From UHGV virus genome UHGV-0120889: a stretch of DNA of 64,000 nucleotides; one strand, written 5' to 3'. The translations under genes were made by a program, and so were the position numbers. Numbering within the stretch: position 1 is the stretch's first letter; each line of letters starts with the position of its first letter. Below the pieces are notes generated by a model that saw only the letters and a program-made list of their open reading frames with translations, searched no databases and was not told the DNA's origin. Source of the DNA: a virus. This document shows, piece by piece, positions 1 to 9,718 of this stretch.

Positions 1-22
1 TTCTACGTCTGTACTCTGCCAT
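1..22 (-). CDS. N-terminal tip of a leftward gene continuing beyond the window (partial)
   Basis: ATG at 22..20 overlaps the TAA stop of the 22..402 gene (coupled overlap); rest of ORF lies outside window. Confidence 0.25.
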
Positions 23-402
23 TATTCTAACCCTTGCTGTTCCTTGTAAAGATCAACCGGGGTGCCGTATACAAGTTGTAGCTCAGATCTCGCCCCAAGG
101 TTATATCTTCCAACCCTGCCCCAATATTGATCGTCTTTAAACGACAGCGCCATCAATCTACCTTTCGGTAAATCGTCTCTGTAATGCAGTCCGTCTAAAA
201 TATCTTGACAAGCTGTTACTTTTCTGGTTACTAAAGGGCTGTCACCTACCGGACCAAGAGATAACCACCAGGACTCATCCCTCTCATTCCATTGCATACG
301 CATTTCATACGTCTCATTGTCTAAAACAACACGCATGGTTTGATCAGGAAAGCCGTCAATGTCCCACACAAAGGTGATTATGCACCAATCTTTAAGTTCC
401 AT
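22..402 (-). CDS. hypothetical tail/baseplate-region protein (126 aa)
   Basis: ORF track; tightly packed in late operon downstream of tape-measure gene; no motif recognised. Confidence 0.45.
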   Translation of the reverse strand: MELKDWCIITFVWDIDGFPDQTMRVVLDNETYEMRMQWNERDESWWLSLGPVGDSPLVTRKVTACQDILDGLHYRDDLPKGRLMALSFKDDQYWGRVGRYNLGARSELQLVYGTPVDLYKEQQGLE

Positions 403-414
403 TACACGCTCCCC

Positions 415-1326
415 TTATTTTCCGTTAACTTTGTTGTAGTTTCCCTGCTCAGATGGGACTATGGTAGAAGGTCTTCCATATTCCTGATAATACCAATCCG
501 CAGCAGATTGAGTAACACCGTTTTCATCCGTCCACATCATAGATTTGTAGGGCTGCCACTCTTCTGCGGCATTTGTTGATGCAGTGTCTGCAAATGCCCC
601 TGTGTCCCTCTTGTTACCTACGTTACTGCCATTCTTACAGTCGTTGACAGCACCTTTTTGCTGGGTCTTGCCTACTTTCTTAGGGTTGCTGTATACAGTT
701 GCATTAACAACCTTGTTCAAGTAGAATGTGCGGAACTCTGTAAGTTCTACATCAAACACCATCGCAGCACCTTCACCAACAGACTTGTTGGCAGAAAGGC
801 TGGTTATGATGTAGTTCTCAAGGAGTCTCTCCTCGGTAACCAAAGAAACCAACTGGCGCTTATTAATGATCTCAGTCAAAGCCTCCAGTGCAGCGCCTGG
901 TCGCATAGACGCTGCAGGGTTTTTAGAGTCAGTATTCCTGTCAATGTAGTTTTGCTCATAGATTATATGTGGTGATGTATTTACCCTACCAGTAAAAGAA
1001 AATACACCATCTTTAATTACAGCGTGGTCTGACAGGGTAGATTTATCTTCCACCGCAAACCCAGTCTTATCAACAGAATGTTTGAAAGAGTAATTCTCAA
1101 CCTGATCGAAGATGATGGCAAGATCGTTAGTAAAGTTTTTACCCTTCATCTCCGTATTGCGACCACCATAGTTAAGACCGCTGACAAACATAGTGTACTT
1201 TACATCGCTTTCAGTTTGCTGTTCTGCCTTTTCAGCCTTTGGAGATTTAACCTCTTGAGGCTTGTACAGGTCTTTTTCATCAACTATATTGCTTGGCATA
1301 ACCTCTCCAGGACACTCCGATACCAT
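415..1326 (-). CDS. putative distal tail/baseplate protein (303 aa)
   Basis: ORF immediately downstream of tape-measure gene; position-based call only. Confidence 0.45.
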   Translation of the reverse strand: MVSECPGEVMPSNIVDEKDLYKPQEVKSPKAEKAEQQTESDVKYTMFVSGLNYGGRNTEMKGKNFTNDLAIIFDQVENYSFKHSVDKTGFAVEDKSTLSDHAVIKDGVFSFTGRVNTSPHIIYEQNYIDRNTDSKNPAASMRPGAALEALTEIINKRQLVSLVTEERLLENYIITSLSANKSVGEGAAMVFDVELTEFRTFYLNKVVNATVYSNPKKVGKTQQKGAVNDCKNGSNVGNKRDTGAFADTASTNAAEEWQPYKSMMWTDENGVTQSAADWYYQEYGRPSTIVPSEQGNYNKVNGK

Positions 1327-1364
1327 CTAAATATTGTATCATAAAATAGCCGTTTTTACAACAC

Positions 1365-1392
1365 CGATAAAATAAAGGGGGCCGGAGCCCCC
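1365..1392 (-). terminator. rho-independent terminator-like hairpin downstream of tape-measure gene
   Basis: GGGGGC-CGGA-GCCCCC stem-loop (1377..1392) followed on minus strand by U-rich tract (plus 1365..1376). Confidence 0.55.
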
Positions 1393-1405
1393 TATGTGCT
1401 GTTTA

Positions 1406-3742
1406 TTACCAAAGATCTGTTGACATAAAGTTAATATCTTTGTTATTCTCCCACTCAAGTTTTGCATCAAGTATTTTGCTAAACTCACCCTCATCTATTG
1501 AAATCGTGATTTTCCCATCACTAATCTCTAAAGGTAGCATTTCCATAGTTCTTAATTGAGAAGCAAAACCAGGGCCACCTGGCAACGGAAAAGTACCGCC
1601 CGGTAAGGTGTCCAAAGGATTAACAAATCCGTTACCTCCCGATATGATATCTTTGCGAATCATATCGCTGATAGTATCCAGCTGCTGATTTCTTTCACTT
1701 AGTGGGTTGTAACGGTCATTAAATAATTCCCCGGCGCTTAGTATTGTACCGATAATACCCAGCTTACCGAGCAGACCAACTTTGCCACCAGGTGTCTTGA
1801 GGCCACCTCCCCCTTTTCCTGCCGGAGCGCCACCACCAGATCCTTCTGTAGTAGCGGCACCTGCTACTCCAGCTGCACCCCTTAAAGATCTAAGGTATTT
1901 AAAGGTTTTTACAAGCATAGATACCATGACAAAACCTTTTGTTAGGGCGTTGACGACCAGCATGATGGCAGCAGCAAACCCTGCCCATTTAGCATAGCTA
2001 AAGGTGTCATGAAGCTCTTCAGAATATTCCTTCGTCTTAGCTGTTATGAACCCCCATTTAATCCCCCATTCAAGGAAAAACATGCGGATCTTGACTATAG
2101 TGTTGTTCAGTTCACCAACTACCCAGTTAAGGCCTCTCACAAACCCGCTAACAAAATCACCAGAGGCATCCCACACAAATTGCAGAGTCTCACCAGTGCG
2201 GATTAGTGTATAATAGAACTCTGTTAGTTCGTCAGACCAACGGGTGAACAGTTTCTGACGAGTCAGTTCGATAAAGGTTTTCAGTCTGTTTTCTGCCAGC
2301 ACGTTAGACTTCTGCATTCTTTCATAACCAGCTGCAGATGCCTCGTTCATGTACTTAGCCACATACTTCATGATCTTGGCTGTTTTAACCTCACCTTTCT
2401 TCATCATGTCCATGAACTGATCCATGGAAAGTTCAGAAAGACCAAAAGCCTCTTTGGTGGCCTTGATAAAAGGTTCGTATGCACCAGGCAATGCTTCAGC
2501 AAGTTGTTGCTTCAGTTCTTCGGACATTACCTGTCCTTTCCCGAGCATCTGTTGGATTGCCATAATACCGCGCTGGTATTTTACCTCATCGGCACCATAA
2601 GCAGCAGCATACTGGGAGTATGCAGAAAACAGCTCATGCACTTCCTGATTTGTCATCTGGTTTTTGGCGTTTACCGACATCTGGGCGTAACCTTGAAGAC
2701 CAGATTTGAGATCAAAACCAAGACGCATAGCCTCTTGCTGGACAAACGCAACCTCACTGTTGGCTTTGTTTGGATCTCCAGTGACAGCAGTAAGAGCAGC
2801 ACTTGCCCCCTCCATCATGTGACCGGATCTGTTAACCGCAGCAAATCCAGAAAAAGCTGTATACGCAGCTGTTGCATTAATAACAGATCTACGTAAGTCT
2901 CTCATGGCATCGCCTAGTGTAAGCGTTTGGCTGGTGGCGCTTTTAAACCCAGACTGCAGCGCTGACAGGTGGGCGTTAAAGGTTGACTTCTTCATCTCCC
3001 CGCGAGCAAACCTGGACTCTAACTCTGAGTATCCTGGCAAGCTTCCACGGAATCCGGCCCCATACTTGGCAGAAAGTCTTATCGCGGAGTTGTAGAGGTG
3101 GGTTCTCCTTGCCTCACGATCCGACATAAGCCTATTATCCATACCAGCTTTACTGTCTCTTCTTAGCTGTCTATGATAACGATTCATAGCGGCTGTCTGA
3201 GCTTTCACAAGGTTAGGGTCGGAAGCCACACCACCCATATTAGGGTTACCTGGGATATATTTGAAAGATTTGGCATTAGCCAAAACTCTTGCCTTAGGTG
3301 CCTTATAACCACCGTAAGACACTGGTGCAGATTTGGCAGCCTTTTTGGCCTCTTTAGCTTGCTGCTGGTAGAACTTACGCATCCTAGCCATTTCTGGATT
3401 TTTAGCGGTAAGATTACCTACAGCTTGTTTACGTCTCGCATTCTCCCTACGTTCTATTGCAGCCCTTACTGCAGCCTCTTTCTTGGCCTGTGCTACGCTC
3501 TCTCTGTGCAGTTTAGCATTTGCCTGAGATTGCTGTCTGGCAACCCTCTGCATTGTCTGCTGGGTTTTAACAGCTACCGCCTGCCATCTACTCATGGGGT
3601 TGGCTGAGTTAAAATCCTCGCCCAGTTTCCTGAACTCCCTCCCAATACTGCGAATTTTCTCTACAGCTTTTTTGTAGGAGGAGTTCTCTATCTCAAAGCC
3701 AATCTTGTTGACTGTTGTGGCAACTATTTTGTTTGTAGCCAT
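1406..3742 (-). CDS. tail tape measure protein (778 aa)
   Basis: Longest ORF of the tail module; Ala/Gln/Lys-rich helical N-terminal half, Gly-rich block (GSGGGAPAGKGGGGLKTPGG); preceded by chaperone-like ORF pair. Confidence 0.85.
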   Translation of the reverse strand: MATNKIVATTVNKIGFEIENSSYKKAVEKIRSIGREFRKLGEDFNSANPMSRWQAVAVKTQQTMQRVARQQSQANAKLHRESVAQAKKEAAVRAAIERRENARRKQAVGNLTAKNPEMARMRKFYQQQAKEAKKAAKSAPVSYGGYKAPKARVLANAKSFKYIPGNPNMGGVASDPNLVKAQTAAMNRYHRQLRRDSKAGMDNRLMSDREARRTHLYNSAIRLSAKYGAGFRGSLPGYSELESRFARGEMKKSTFNAHLSALQSGFKSATSQTLTLGDAMRDLRRSVINATAAYTAFSGFAAVNRSGHMMEGASAALTAVTGDPNKANSEVAFVQQEAMRLGFDLKSGLQGYAQMSVNAKNQMTNQEVHELFSAYSQYAAAYGADEVKYQRGIMAIQQMLGKGQVMSEELKQQLAEALPGAYEPFIKATKEAFGLSELSMDQFMDMMKKGEVKTAKIMKYVAKYMNEASAAGYERMQKSNVLAENRLKTFIELTRQKLFTRWSDELTEFYYTLIRTGETLQFVWDASGDFVSGFVRGLNWVVGELNNTIVKIRMFFLEWGIKWGFITAKTKEYSEELHDTFSYAKWAGFAAAIMLVVNALTKGFVMVSMLVKTFKYLRSLRGAAGVAGAATTEGSGGGAPAGKGGGGLKTPGGKVGLLGKLGIIGTILSAGELFNDRYNPLSERNQQLDTISDMIRKDIISGGNGFVNPLDTLPGGTFPLPGGPGFASQLRTMEMLPLEISDGKITISIDEGEFSKILDAKLEWENNKDINFMSTDLW

Positions 3743-3752
3743 GGTTTCCTCA

Positions 3753-3792
3753 TAATAAAAAGGGCCAGATCCCAGAAAAGGAATCCGGCCCT
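3753..3792 (-). promoter_or_regulatory. hairpin plus U-tract immediately upstream of tape-measure RBS (terminator/attenuator-like)
   Basis: Imperfect palindrome AGGGCCAGATCCC...GGAATCCGGCCCT at 3761..3792 with A-tract 3753..3760 on plus strand; sits between chaperone stop and tape-measure start. Confidence 0.4.
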
Positions 3793-3796
3793 TAGA

Positions 3797-4045
3797 TTAT
3801 CCTCTCCTGCGCTTAGCTTTCGCAGCAGCTGCGGCAGCCTTCTGCTCCCGCTCCATTTCCCTGTTTTGGACGGTATCTAGGAATTCTTCGATATCAAGAT
3901 ACTCACAGAGCTTCAGGAAATACGCCATATCTGCAAGATTTAGCGATTCAAAATTTTCCCCTTTGAAATTCTTGAGCACCCTGCACCAAAGAAAGTCGAA
4001 CCAGTTGAGTGAACTGTTCTTGGCTGCCCACTCACTGGCCCTCAC
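3797..4045 (-). CDS. tail assembly chaperone, downstream frame (possible frameshift extension)
   Basis: Small ORF between chaperone-like gene and tape measure; its frame stays open upstream into the 3' end of the 4057..4530 gene. Confidence 0.4.
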   Translation of the reverse strand: MRASEWAAKNSSLNWFDFLWCRVLKNFKGENFESLNLADMAYFLKLCEYLDIEEFLDTVQNREMEREQKAAAAAAKAKRRRG

Positions 4046-4056
4046 AACAGCCTTGC

Positions 4057-4530
4057 TTATTCCTGCTCTTCCGGAGTCTGATCCAGGTTGTTCACCTGCT
4101 GAATCATACCCATCTGCTGTAACATCTCCAGAAGGCTTCCTAAACCGTCTTGTGTGAAAAAACAGCCGTAGTTAACCTCCAGAACCTTACCTGCCAGCTT
4201 AATCATCTCCAGCAGATGCCCTGCAAACACAACATCCGGGTTAAGCTTATCCACACCATCTACGGTAATATCTTCGAACAAGATTTTAAATAGCTCTTCA
4301 ATAGAGTTATCATCAAGTTCTTGGAACAGGTAAGCCAGAGCTGTAGGAAGGACCTCTGCCATGTTCTGACCGCCTGAGATAATAGATCCACCGATAGCAC
4401 CTAGCGGGACAGCCACAATCTTACCGATTTTAGGCATGTTTTTCATTGCTTTCATCGGTCCCCAGTGGGTGATCACAAAGTTGTGCCCTGCTAAATCAAT
4501 CTCTGTTGTAGGTCTAAAGTTTATAGCCAT
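4057..4530 (-). CDS. tail assembly chaperone (157 aa)
   Basis: Conserved position between tube gene and tape measure; acidic C-terminus. Confidence 0.5.
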   Translation of the reverse strand: MAINFRPTTEIDLAGHNFVITHWGPMKAMKNMPKIGKIVAVPLGAIGGSIISGGQNMAEVLPTALAYLFQELDDNSIEELFKILFEDITVDGVDKLNPDVVFAGHLLEMIKLAGKVLEVNYGCFFTQDGLGSLLEMLQQMGMIQQVNNLDQTPEEQE

Positions 4531-4640
4531 TTTATAGCATCCTTATTAGTCATGTTGTGCACCATATTTGTGTATTTTACCATGATTATGGTGCATTGTC
4601 AATTTAACCTTTCAAGCAATTCAAGAACGTGTGTCAAAAC

Positions 4641-4675
4641 CATAAAAGCAAAAAGCCCCACCCGAAGGTGAGGCT
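4641..4675 (-). terminator. rho-independent terminator after tail tube gene
   Basis: AAGCCCCACC-CGAA-GGTGAGGCTT hairpin 4652..4675 with minus-strand U-tract (plus A-tract 4641..4651). Confidence 0.6.
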
Positions 4676-4692
4676 TATGCTAAAGTGTGCCC

Positions 4693-5166
4693 TTAGATAA
4701 TACCTGCAAGACCTGCGAGGCCAGTAAGAGCACCAGTGATGTTATCACGGTTGAGCCATGCATCCAGAATACCGATATCCCAGTCCAGCTGACCTACTTC
4801 GGTTCCGTAAGTCAGGTCAGGCTGTTTCTGGATCCAACCAATTGTGGAAATACCAGGGCCCTGGCTACCTTCCAGCAGAACCGGGAAGAATACCAGGCCA
4901 GTAATCGATGCCTGTTTCTGCCAGTCAGAAAGGTAAGCGTTCCATACAGAAGTGTTCTGCAAAGATACAGTCATAACACCAGATTGGTTACGAGACAGGG
5001 CAGCAGACATTTCGCCATCCACACCAACGTGAGGGTAGATGTTGTCTTCGTTTCTTGAAACAACGATCTTGGTGTCAGCAGCGAAGCCAGTGACACGCTG
5101 CTGCATCAGATACAGTTTGACCTTTTTAGGATCATAAGCATAAGGAGTTAAAATTTGAGTTTCCAT
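4693..5166 (-). CDS. tail tube protein (157 aa)
   Basis: Small ORF directly downstream of the 458-aa sheath-sized gene and upstream of chaperones (myovirus order sheath-tube-chaperones-tape measure). Confidence 0.55.
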   Translation of the reverse strand: METQILTPYAYDPKKVKLYLMQQRVTGFAADTKIVVSRNEDNIYPHVGVDGEMSAALSRNQSGVMTVSLQNTSVWNAYLSDWQKQASITGLVFFPVLLEGSQGPGISTIGWIQKQPDLTYGTEVGQLDWDIGILDAWLNRDNITGALTGLAGLAGII

Positions 5167-5176
5167 CTAGTCTTCC

Positions 5177-6553
5177 TTATTCAGTCATTGCAACAGCATT
5201 GGTGGATTTAGAACCAACTTTGTCCAGAAGGACGTTGATCCGGATACGAACGAAGTGCAGGGCGTTGTTATACACCAGTTCTACTTTCACACCTTCCAGA
5301 ACACGAGCAGCCAACTGATTGGTTGGAATCTCTGCACGTTTAGGAACTGTGATGATCGGGTCGTAGAACACATTGTTGTCTTCGTCAAAACCTGTCAGGA
5401 TCGCACCATTCTTAATGCCAGTGTTGATTGGGTTGTTCATCAGGACAGACTTGATAACCGGAAGATCATCATCAGACATCTTCATGCTTAAACCCATGTT
5501 GGAGCGACGATGCATGTACCCAAACATAGATTCTTCAGATCTGAACTTGATCCAGTGTGCAAAACGAATAGCGTCTGCATACTGACCTGAAGCACACTTA
5601 CCTTCCCAGAAAGCGCCAACACCGTTAATCATTCTGTAGAAGTTAACGTGGTTTTCCCAAATAGCCATACGCTGAGTTAAAGTCAGAGACGGTGCAATCA
5701 CACCTGGCATCTGTTTTAAGTGCAAGCTGTCGCCGTAGGACGGATCGTTGGATGCCATAGCACCTATGATACCACCCTCCGGGAAGTCCTTATCTGCACG
5801 AGGATCGTACATGCCAACACTGTCATATTGTGCAGCTTTCAGTTTGGTAGCGATGTTACTATCTTTGCCAGTCACATCTTCTGCAGTAGAGTAGACGTGC
5901 AGCTTGTAGTTGGCCTGAGCCCACTTAGCACATGCTTCAATGTCGGTGTGGTCTTCATGGCACAGGAAGTACCAATTGTCCCGCTCAGCATTGATCTTAT
6001 CAACTACTGTAGAAGGTTTTTCAGCATTGGCGATATTTTTAATTGTATAGTTACCAGTATGATAACCTACAGTGCAGTCACCAGTGATGGTGATAACACC
6101 GTCTTCAGCCGCTACAGTAATATCGTCCAAGTTATCATCTGCTTCGATTTTAGTCTTCATGGACTCTGCGATCTGAGTTGCAGCTGTCCCACCAGAGATA
6201 GGAACTATCAAAGAGGTATTGTAGCCACCTTTTGCAATAGTCATTACTACATCGGTATCAGCTGCGGCAGCAATACCTTTAAAATCTACAGTGGTTTTTT
6301 CTTTGGCCTGTCTGCCGATCATAACATATTGTGGAGGGAATACACCACCAAAAGCTTTTGCTGCAAACTCATACGCTGCAGAGCCTTGTGCGAAACCATC
6401 TTCCACCATCTGATCCAGCTCCGCATATACGCGAGCTCGCTCAGTAAAGTTGTTGTGGATAGCGATGAACAGGGGAGTTTCGAAACCTACAGTGTCAATA
6501 GGTTGGGTTCCGAGGTTAACTGTAACATCTACCACTTTATCTAAATATGGCAT
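5177..6553 (-). CDS. tail sheath protein (458 aa)
   Basis: Size and position upstream of tube gene; large ORF with no antisense competition; call by synteny. Confidence 0.6.
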   Translation of the reverse strand: MPYLDKVVDVTVNLGTQPIDTVGFETPLFIAIHNNFTERARVYAELDQMVEDGFAQGSAAYEFAAKAFGGVFPPQYVMIGRQAKEKTTVDFKGIAAAADTDVVMTIAKGGYNTSLIVPISGGTAATQIAESMKTKIEADDNLDDITVAAEDGVITITGDCTVGYHTGNYTIKNIANAEKPSTVVDKINAERDNWYFLCHEDHTDIEACAKWAQANYKLHVYSTAEDVTGKDSNIATKLKAAQYDSVGMYDPRADKDFPEGGIIGAMASNDPSYGDSLHLKQMPGVIAPSLTLTQRMAIWENHVNFYRMINGVGAFWEGKCASGQYADAIRFAHWIKFRSEESMFGYMHRRSNMGLSMKMSDDDLPVIKSVLMNNPINTGIKNGAILTGFDEDNNVFYDPIITVPKRAEIPTNQLAARVLEGVKVELVYNNALHFVRIRINVLLDKVGSKSTNAVAMTE

Positions 6554-6625
6554 TTGTTTCCTCTTAATATCTGTGCACGGATATCAAACACGCAGTGTAA
6601 TCATTACACTACACAATTATAACGA

Positions 6626-7177
6626 TTACTGACCACTGTCTGTAACCGATTTATCAGAATTGGGTGAAGGGAAGTGTGTGGTTATTTCAGCCTTAATTCC
6701 CTGAAGATCCTCAAAAGCCCCAATGTCTGTCTCAACAAACCTTACGTTAAATGTCAGCATTACCGTGGCTCTATTTTCATACGTCTGCTTATTCAACGGC
6801 ACTCTTTGAGGTGAGATTGTTGAATTGTTAGAGTAGGCAAAGCACGATCCCAGAGGGAAATACTTGTCATAAAACATTGGAAGGTTTATTGCTTGCAATA
6901 CTCTGCTAAGTGCAGCATATGCCCTGCCGCGATAAGCTGTTAACAGATAAGTAACAGTGTAACTGTGGGTGACGTAAGCATTACCTTCCGCATCTTGAAA
7001 CTCATTATCTTCCCAAGTGGTGGGATTGATCGCCAGGGTTTGCAAAAGTACAAACTCACCTTCCGGCTTCGGTATGGTAGAGCTTTCTGCCAGAACTACA
7101 GTTCTTCCTGTGGCAACCTTGACAAGCTTAGCGATGGTTGTTTCAAGATCAGAAAAAACTTTTTCGAAAGCTTCCAT
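6626..7177 (-). CDS. hypothetical virion protein (neck/tail-completion region)
   Basis: ORF track; between capsid genes and sheath gene. Confidence 0.4.
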   Translation of the reverse strand: MEAFEKVFSDLETTIAKLVKVATGRTVVLAESSTIPKPEGEFVLLQTLAINPTTWEDNEFQDAEGNAYVTHSYTVTYLLTAYRGRAYAALSRVLQAINLPMFYDKYFPLGSCFAYSNNSTISPQRVPLNKQTYENRATVMLTFNVRFVETDIGAFEDLQGIKAEITTHFPSPNSDKSVTDSGQ

Positions 7178-7602
7178 CAGTTTTCTCCTTCAGGCTCTTC
7201 TACCACAAAAAATCTATATCTTCCACCACCAGACGTGACATAAGCATCACATTTTAAAACGGTAAACCACTTCAGGTCACCACGGATGTCAGGCAGTTGA
7301 ATTTGATCAGCCATTGCATATGTTCCTTCGTCTGGACTATACAACTTGGTTGAGGAGTAAACTGTAAAAGCCTCGTACTGTCTGTCACCCTCAGGATTTA
7401 TCTGGGAGGAGTAATCTTTAGCTGCCCTTCCTGTCAACGGCTGCACAACACACTCTAAGACATCAAACTCTTCATACTCAAGTTCTAACCCCTCGTTGGC
7501 AAAAGGGCCACCAACTGTTTTGTTATACACTCTGTGGCGACCTTTGAATGTTTTACGAGGTATTAGTCTGTTCTTTCCTATCAGCTTATAACCTGCTGCC
7601 AC
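7177..7602 (-). CDS. hypothetical virion protein (neck region)
   Basis: ORF track; start overlaps stop of neighbour (coupled). Confidence 0.4.
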   Translation of the reverse strand: MAAGYKLIGKNRLIPRKTFKGRHRVYNKTVGGPFANEGLELEYEEFDVLECVVQPLTGRAAKDYSSQINPEGDRQYEAFTVYSSTKLYSPDEGTYAMADQIQLPDIRGDLKWFTVLKCDAYVTSGGGRYRFFVVEEPEGEN

Positions 7603-7618
7603 TCAACCCCCCTTATTT

Positions 7619-8089
7619 TTACTGTCCGATTTTAAAGGTTGCAGATTCAAGCAGCACATCGTAATGCCGCATAGCCTCGTTGAAGCCTTTCTCTTGTGCC
7701 CACTGCTCGCTAACAGTAGGATTACTAAACTGCCCAGCCTCAATAACAAACTGGATAGCTTTGGCCCCTGTGTCCCCCATCTGCTTAAGAATAGCCTCTG
7801 CACTCGATCCCCTAGCCATAGCTCTCAACAATTTTTCTGTCAAGGTCTGTAGTTGAGTACTATGAAATGCAAAAGCTGTCTCCATGAAATTGCGAACAGG
7901 CAGCCCGTTCCAACCGAAGTTGTGAATGGCTGCCAATGTTGCCATATTTAAGCCTGACGGGTGAGGTTCGTCATAAAAGCCGTAGGTTATTGTTTTACTT
8001 TCAAGTCTCACAAGCTCTTTGTAGAAGCGATCTAAACGCTTTAGGTTGAACCTTGTTTGACATTTAACCTTTAGCATTATATCCCTCAC
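7619..8089 (-). CDS. hypothetical virion protein (head-tail joining region)
   Basis: ORF track; late operon position. Confidence 0.4.
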   Translation of the reverse strand: MRDIMLKVKCQTRFNLKRLDRFYKELVRLESKTITYGFYDEPHPSGLNMATLAAIHNFGWNGLPVRNFMETAFAFHSTQLQTLTEKLLRAMARGSSAEAILKQMGDTGAKAIQFVIEAGQFSNPTVSEQWAQEKGFNEAMRHYDVLLESATFKIGQ

Positions 8090-8130
8090 TAATGTATTTT
8101 ACCACAAAGATGCATCAAAAGCAACAATTT

Positions 8131-8808
8131 TTAAAAACTGCGTTTGCGTCTTGGGTGGCGAGGAGGTTGGTTATTTAGACCACTGATAGGTGTAATCCCC
8201 TGGACATCGAACGGTCCGTTGCTGTTTTCATTAAATTTAACCCGAATTCCTTCGTCTACACGAACACCACCAATGATAATCATTCTGCTGTAAGCATCTA
8301 ACTCAGAATCTACATAGTCTGGGTGTGCCAGCAGCCAATCAAGAAAATCCTTCCATTGGGCGTAGGAAGATCCACCACGAATCTCTATGGTCTCATCACC
8401 TATTTTTTCCAGACGGGAAGTTATACTTGCATTACCACTGGACACTTCCTGCATCATCAGCCACCGCACAAGTTGCACAAGAACATTGTACTTAAGCAGC
8501 GGTAGCTTATCAGGATCTGCCGGATAATTTAGTTTCAACTTCTCCATGTCAAGGAATGTTTTAATTACCTCATCAGGGAGAGTTTCCTCATCAACATTGC
8601 CAAGCAATAACCTCATAATATCAATAAGAGGTTGGTCTGGATCAGGTTCCGGAGGCACAGGATCTTCTTTTGGTGGTTCTTCTGGGGTATCGACTACACC
8701 ATCATGGTTAGGCGGTGACGGGATAATCTCTTCATCTTCATACCATGCCATTTGAAAATACCTCGTAAAAATAAAGCCCCATTCCTGATTTGGAAGGGGC
8801 CTTAACAA
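8131..8808 (-). CDS. hypothetical virion protein
   Basis: ORF track; acidic Pro-rich central segment (PEEPPKEDPVPPEPDPDQP). Confidence 0.4.
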   Translation of the reverse strand: MLRPLPNQEWGFIFTRYFQMAWYEDEEIIPSPPNHDGVVDTPEEPPKEDPVPPEPDPDQPLIDIMRLLLGNVDEETLPDEVIKTFLDMEKLKLNYPADPDKLPLLKYNVLVQLVRWLMMQEVSSGNASITSRLEKIGDETIEIRGGSSYAQWKDFLDWLLAHPDYVDSELDAYSRMIIIGGVRVDEGIRVKFNENSNGPFDVQGITPISGLNNQPPRHPRRKRSF

Positions 8809-8810
8809 AA

Positions 8811-9638
8811 TTATGCCAGTGCAGCCTCAAAATCTTTCATCATATTTTGGAAAGTTTTTGCCTTACTTAAGGTAACACCGTACTCTTTAGCGAAGGTTTG
8901 GAGTGCATCTTTTGAACCACTTTTGTCATCTTCGTTGTTAAGAGCTGCGGCCTGTTTAAGGATTTCATCCTTATTCTCAACGGCTACAAATGAGGAAGAG
9001 GATACAGTCACATCTTGCGGATCTGCTACAGTAACTTCACCGTCACCACCAGGTTCAGTAGGACCTACAGGTGGCTCCGGCTCTGGTTCAGGCGGTGGAG
9101 CTATCGTAGAGACCAGTCCAAGATTTACAACCTGAGAACGTTTCTTAGGCCACTCAATGGTGAAAGTTTGGGTATCTTCTTCATAAACAATGTTGCATTG
9201 CTCATCGTTTATGGTCACTTTTTTAGGCATACCTTCAGGGTCCCACAGATGGCCCTCTGCCACGGAAACTTTGAAAGCAGCATCTACCTCTTTAAACACT
9301 GACGGAGTGAGTGTAATATTGACATCCCCGCTTTGCAGTGTTAAAGTGCTTTCATCAAGGTTCTCTGTGAAGAACAGAAGAATAACACCCATACGAATAG
9401 TTGAGATACCAGTATCAATTGGCAGGCCTGTGTGTTTTGCAATCTTCTCGAAGAAGTCTACAATCGTTCTGCACGGATAGTGAACACTGCCAATAACGAA
9501 TTCTGTTGGTGGCAGCAGGGCTGATAAACCAACATTGATTTCTGGATTGTATTGTGATAAAAATTGATAAAAACTTAACTGATTGTTGAAAACTCTTAAT
9601 AGAGGATCATACTCGACTGGATATACAGCTCTCTTCAC
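8811..9638 (-). CDS. hypothetical virion protein with Pro/Glu linker
   Basis: ORF directly downstream of major capsid gene; PPPEPEPEPPVGPTEPGGDG linker. Confidence 0.4.
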   Translation of the reverse strand: MKRAVYPVEYDPLLRVFNNQLSFYQFLSQYNPEINVGLSALLPPTEFVIGSVHYPCRTIVDFFEKIAKHTGLPIDTGISTIRMGVILLFFTENLDESTLTLQSGDVNITLTPSVFKEVDAAFKVSVAEGHLWDPEGMPKKVTINDEQCNIVYEEDTQTFTIEWPKKRSQVVNLGLVSTIAPPPEPEPEPPVGPTEPGGDGEVTVADPQDVTVSSSSFVAVENKDEILKQAAALNNEDDKSGSKDALQTFAKEYGVTLSKAKTFQNMMKDFEAALA

Positions 9639-9660
9639 GGGACACTCCTGTTAAACCCTA

Positions 9661-9694
9661 ATAAATAAAAAGGGGAGGGGAGAACCCCCTCCCC
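9661..9694 (-). terminator. strong rho-independent terminator after major capsid gene
   Basis: GGGGAGGGG-AGAA-CCCCCTCCCC hairpin 9672..9694, minus-strand U-tract (plus 9661..9671 ATAAATAAAAA). Confidence 0.7.
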
Positions 9695-9718
9695 ATATGG
9701 GATGAATCACCTTAGTGA

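Noticed and set aside
5255-6544. Plus-strand ORFs (78, 70, 274 aa) antisense to the sheath gene
   Set aside because: Nested inside a long, well-supported minus-strand gene with no RBS; typical antisense shadow ORFs. The same reasoning applies to the antisense ORFs inside the tape-measure, portal and nrdA genes.
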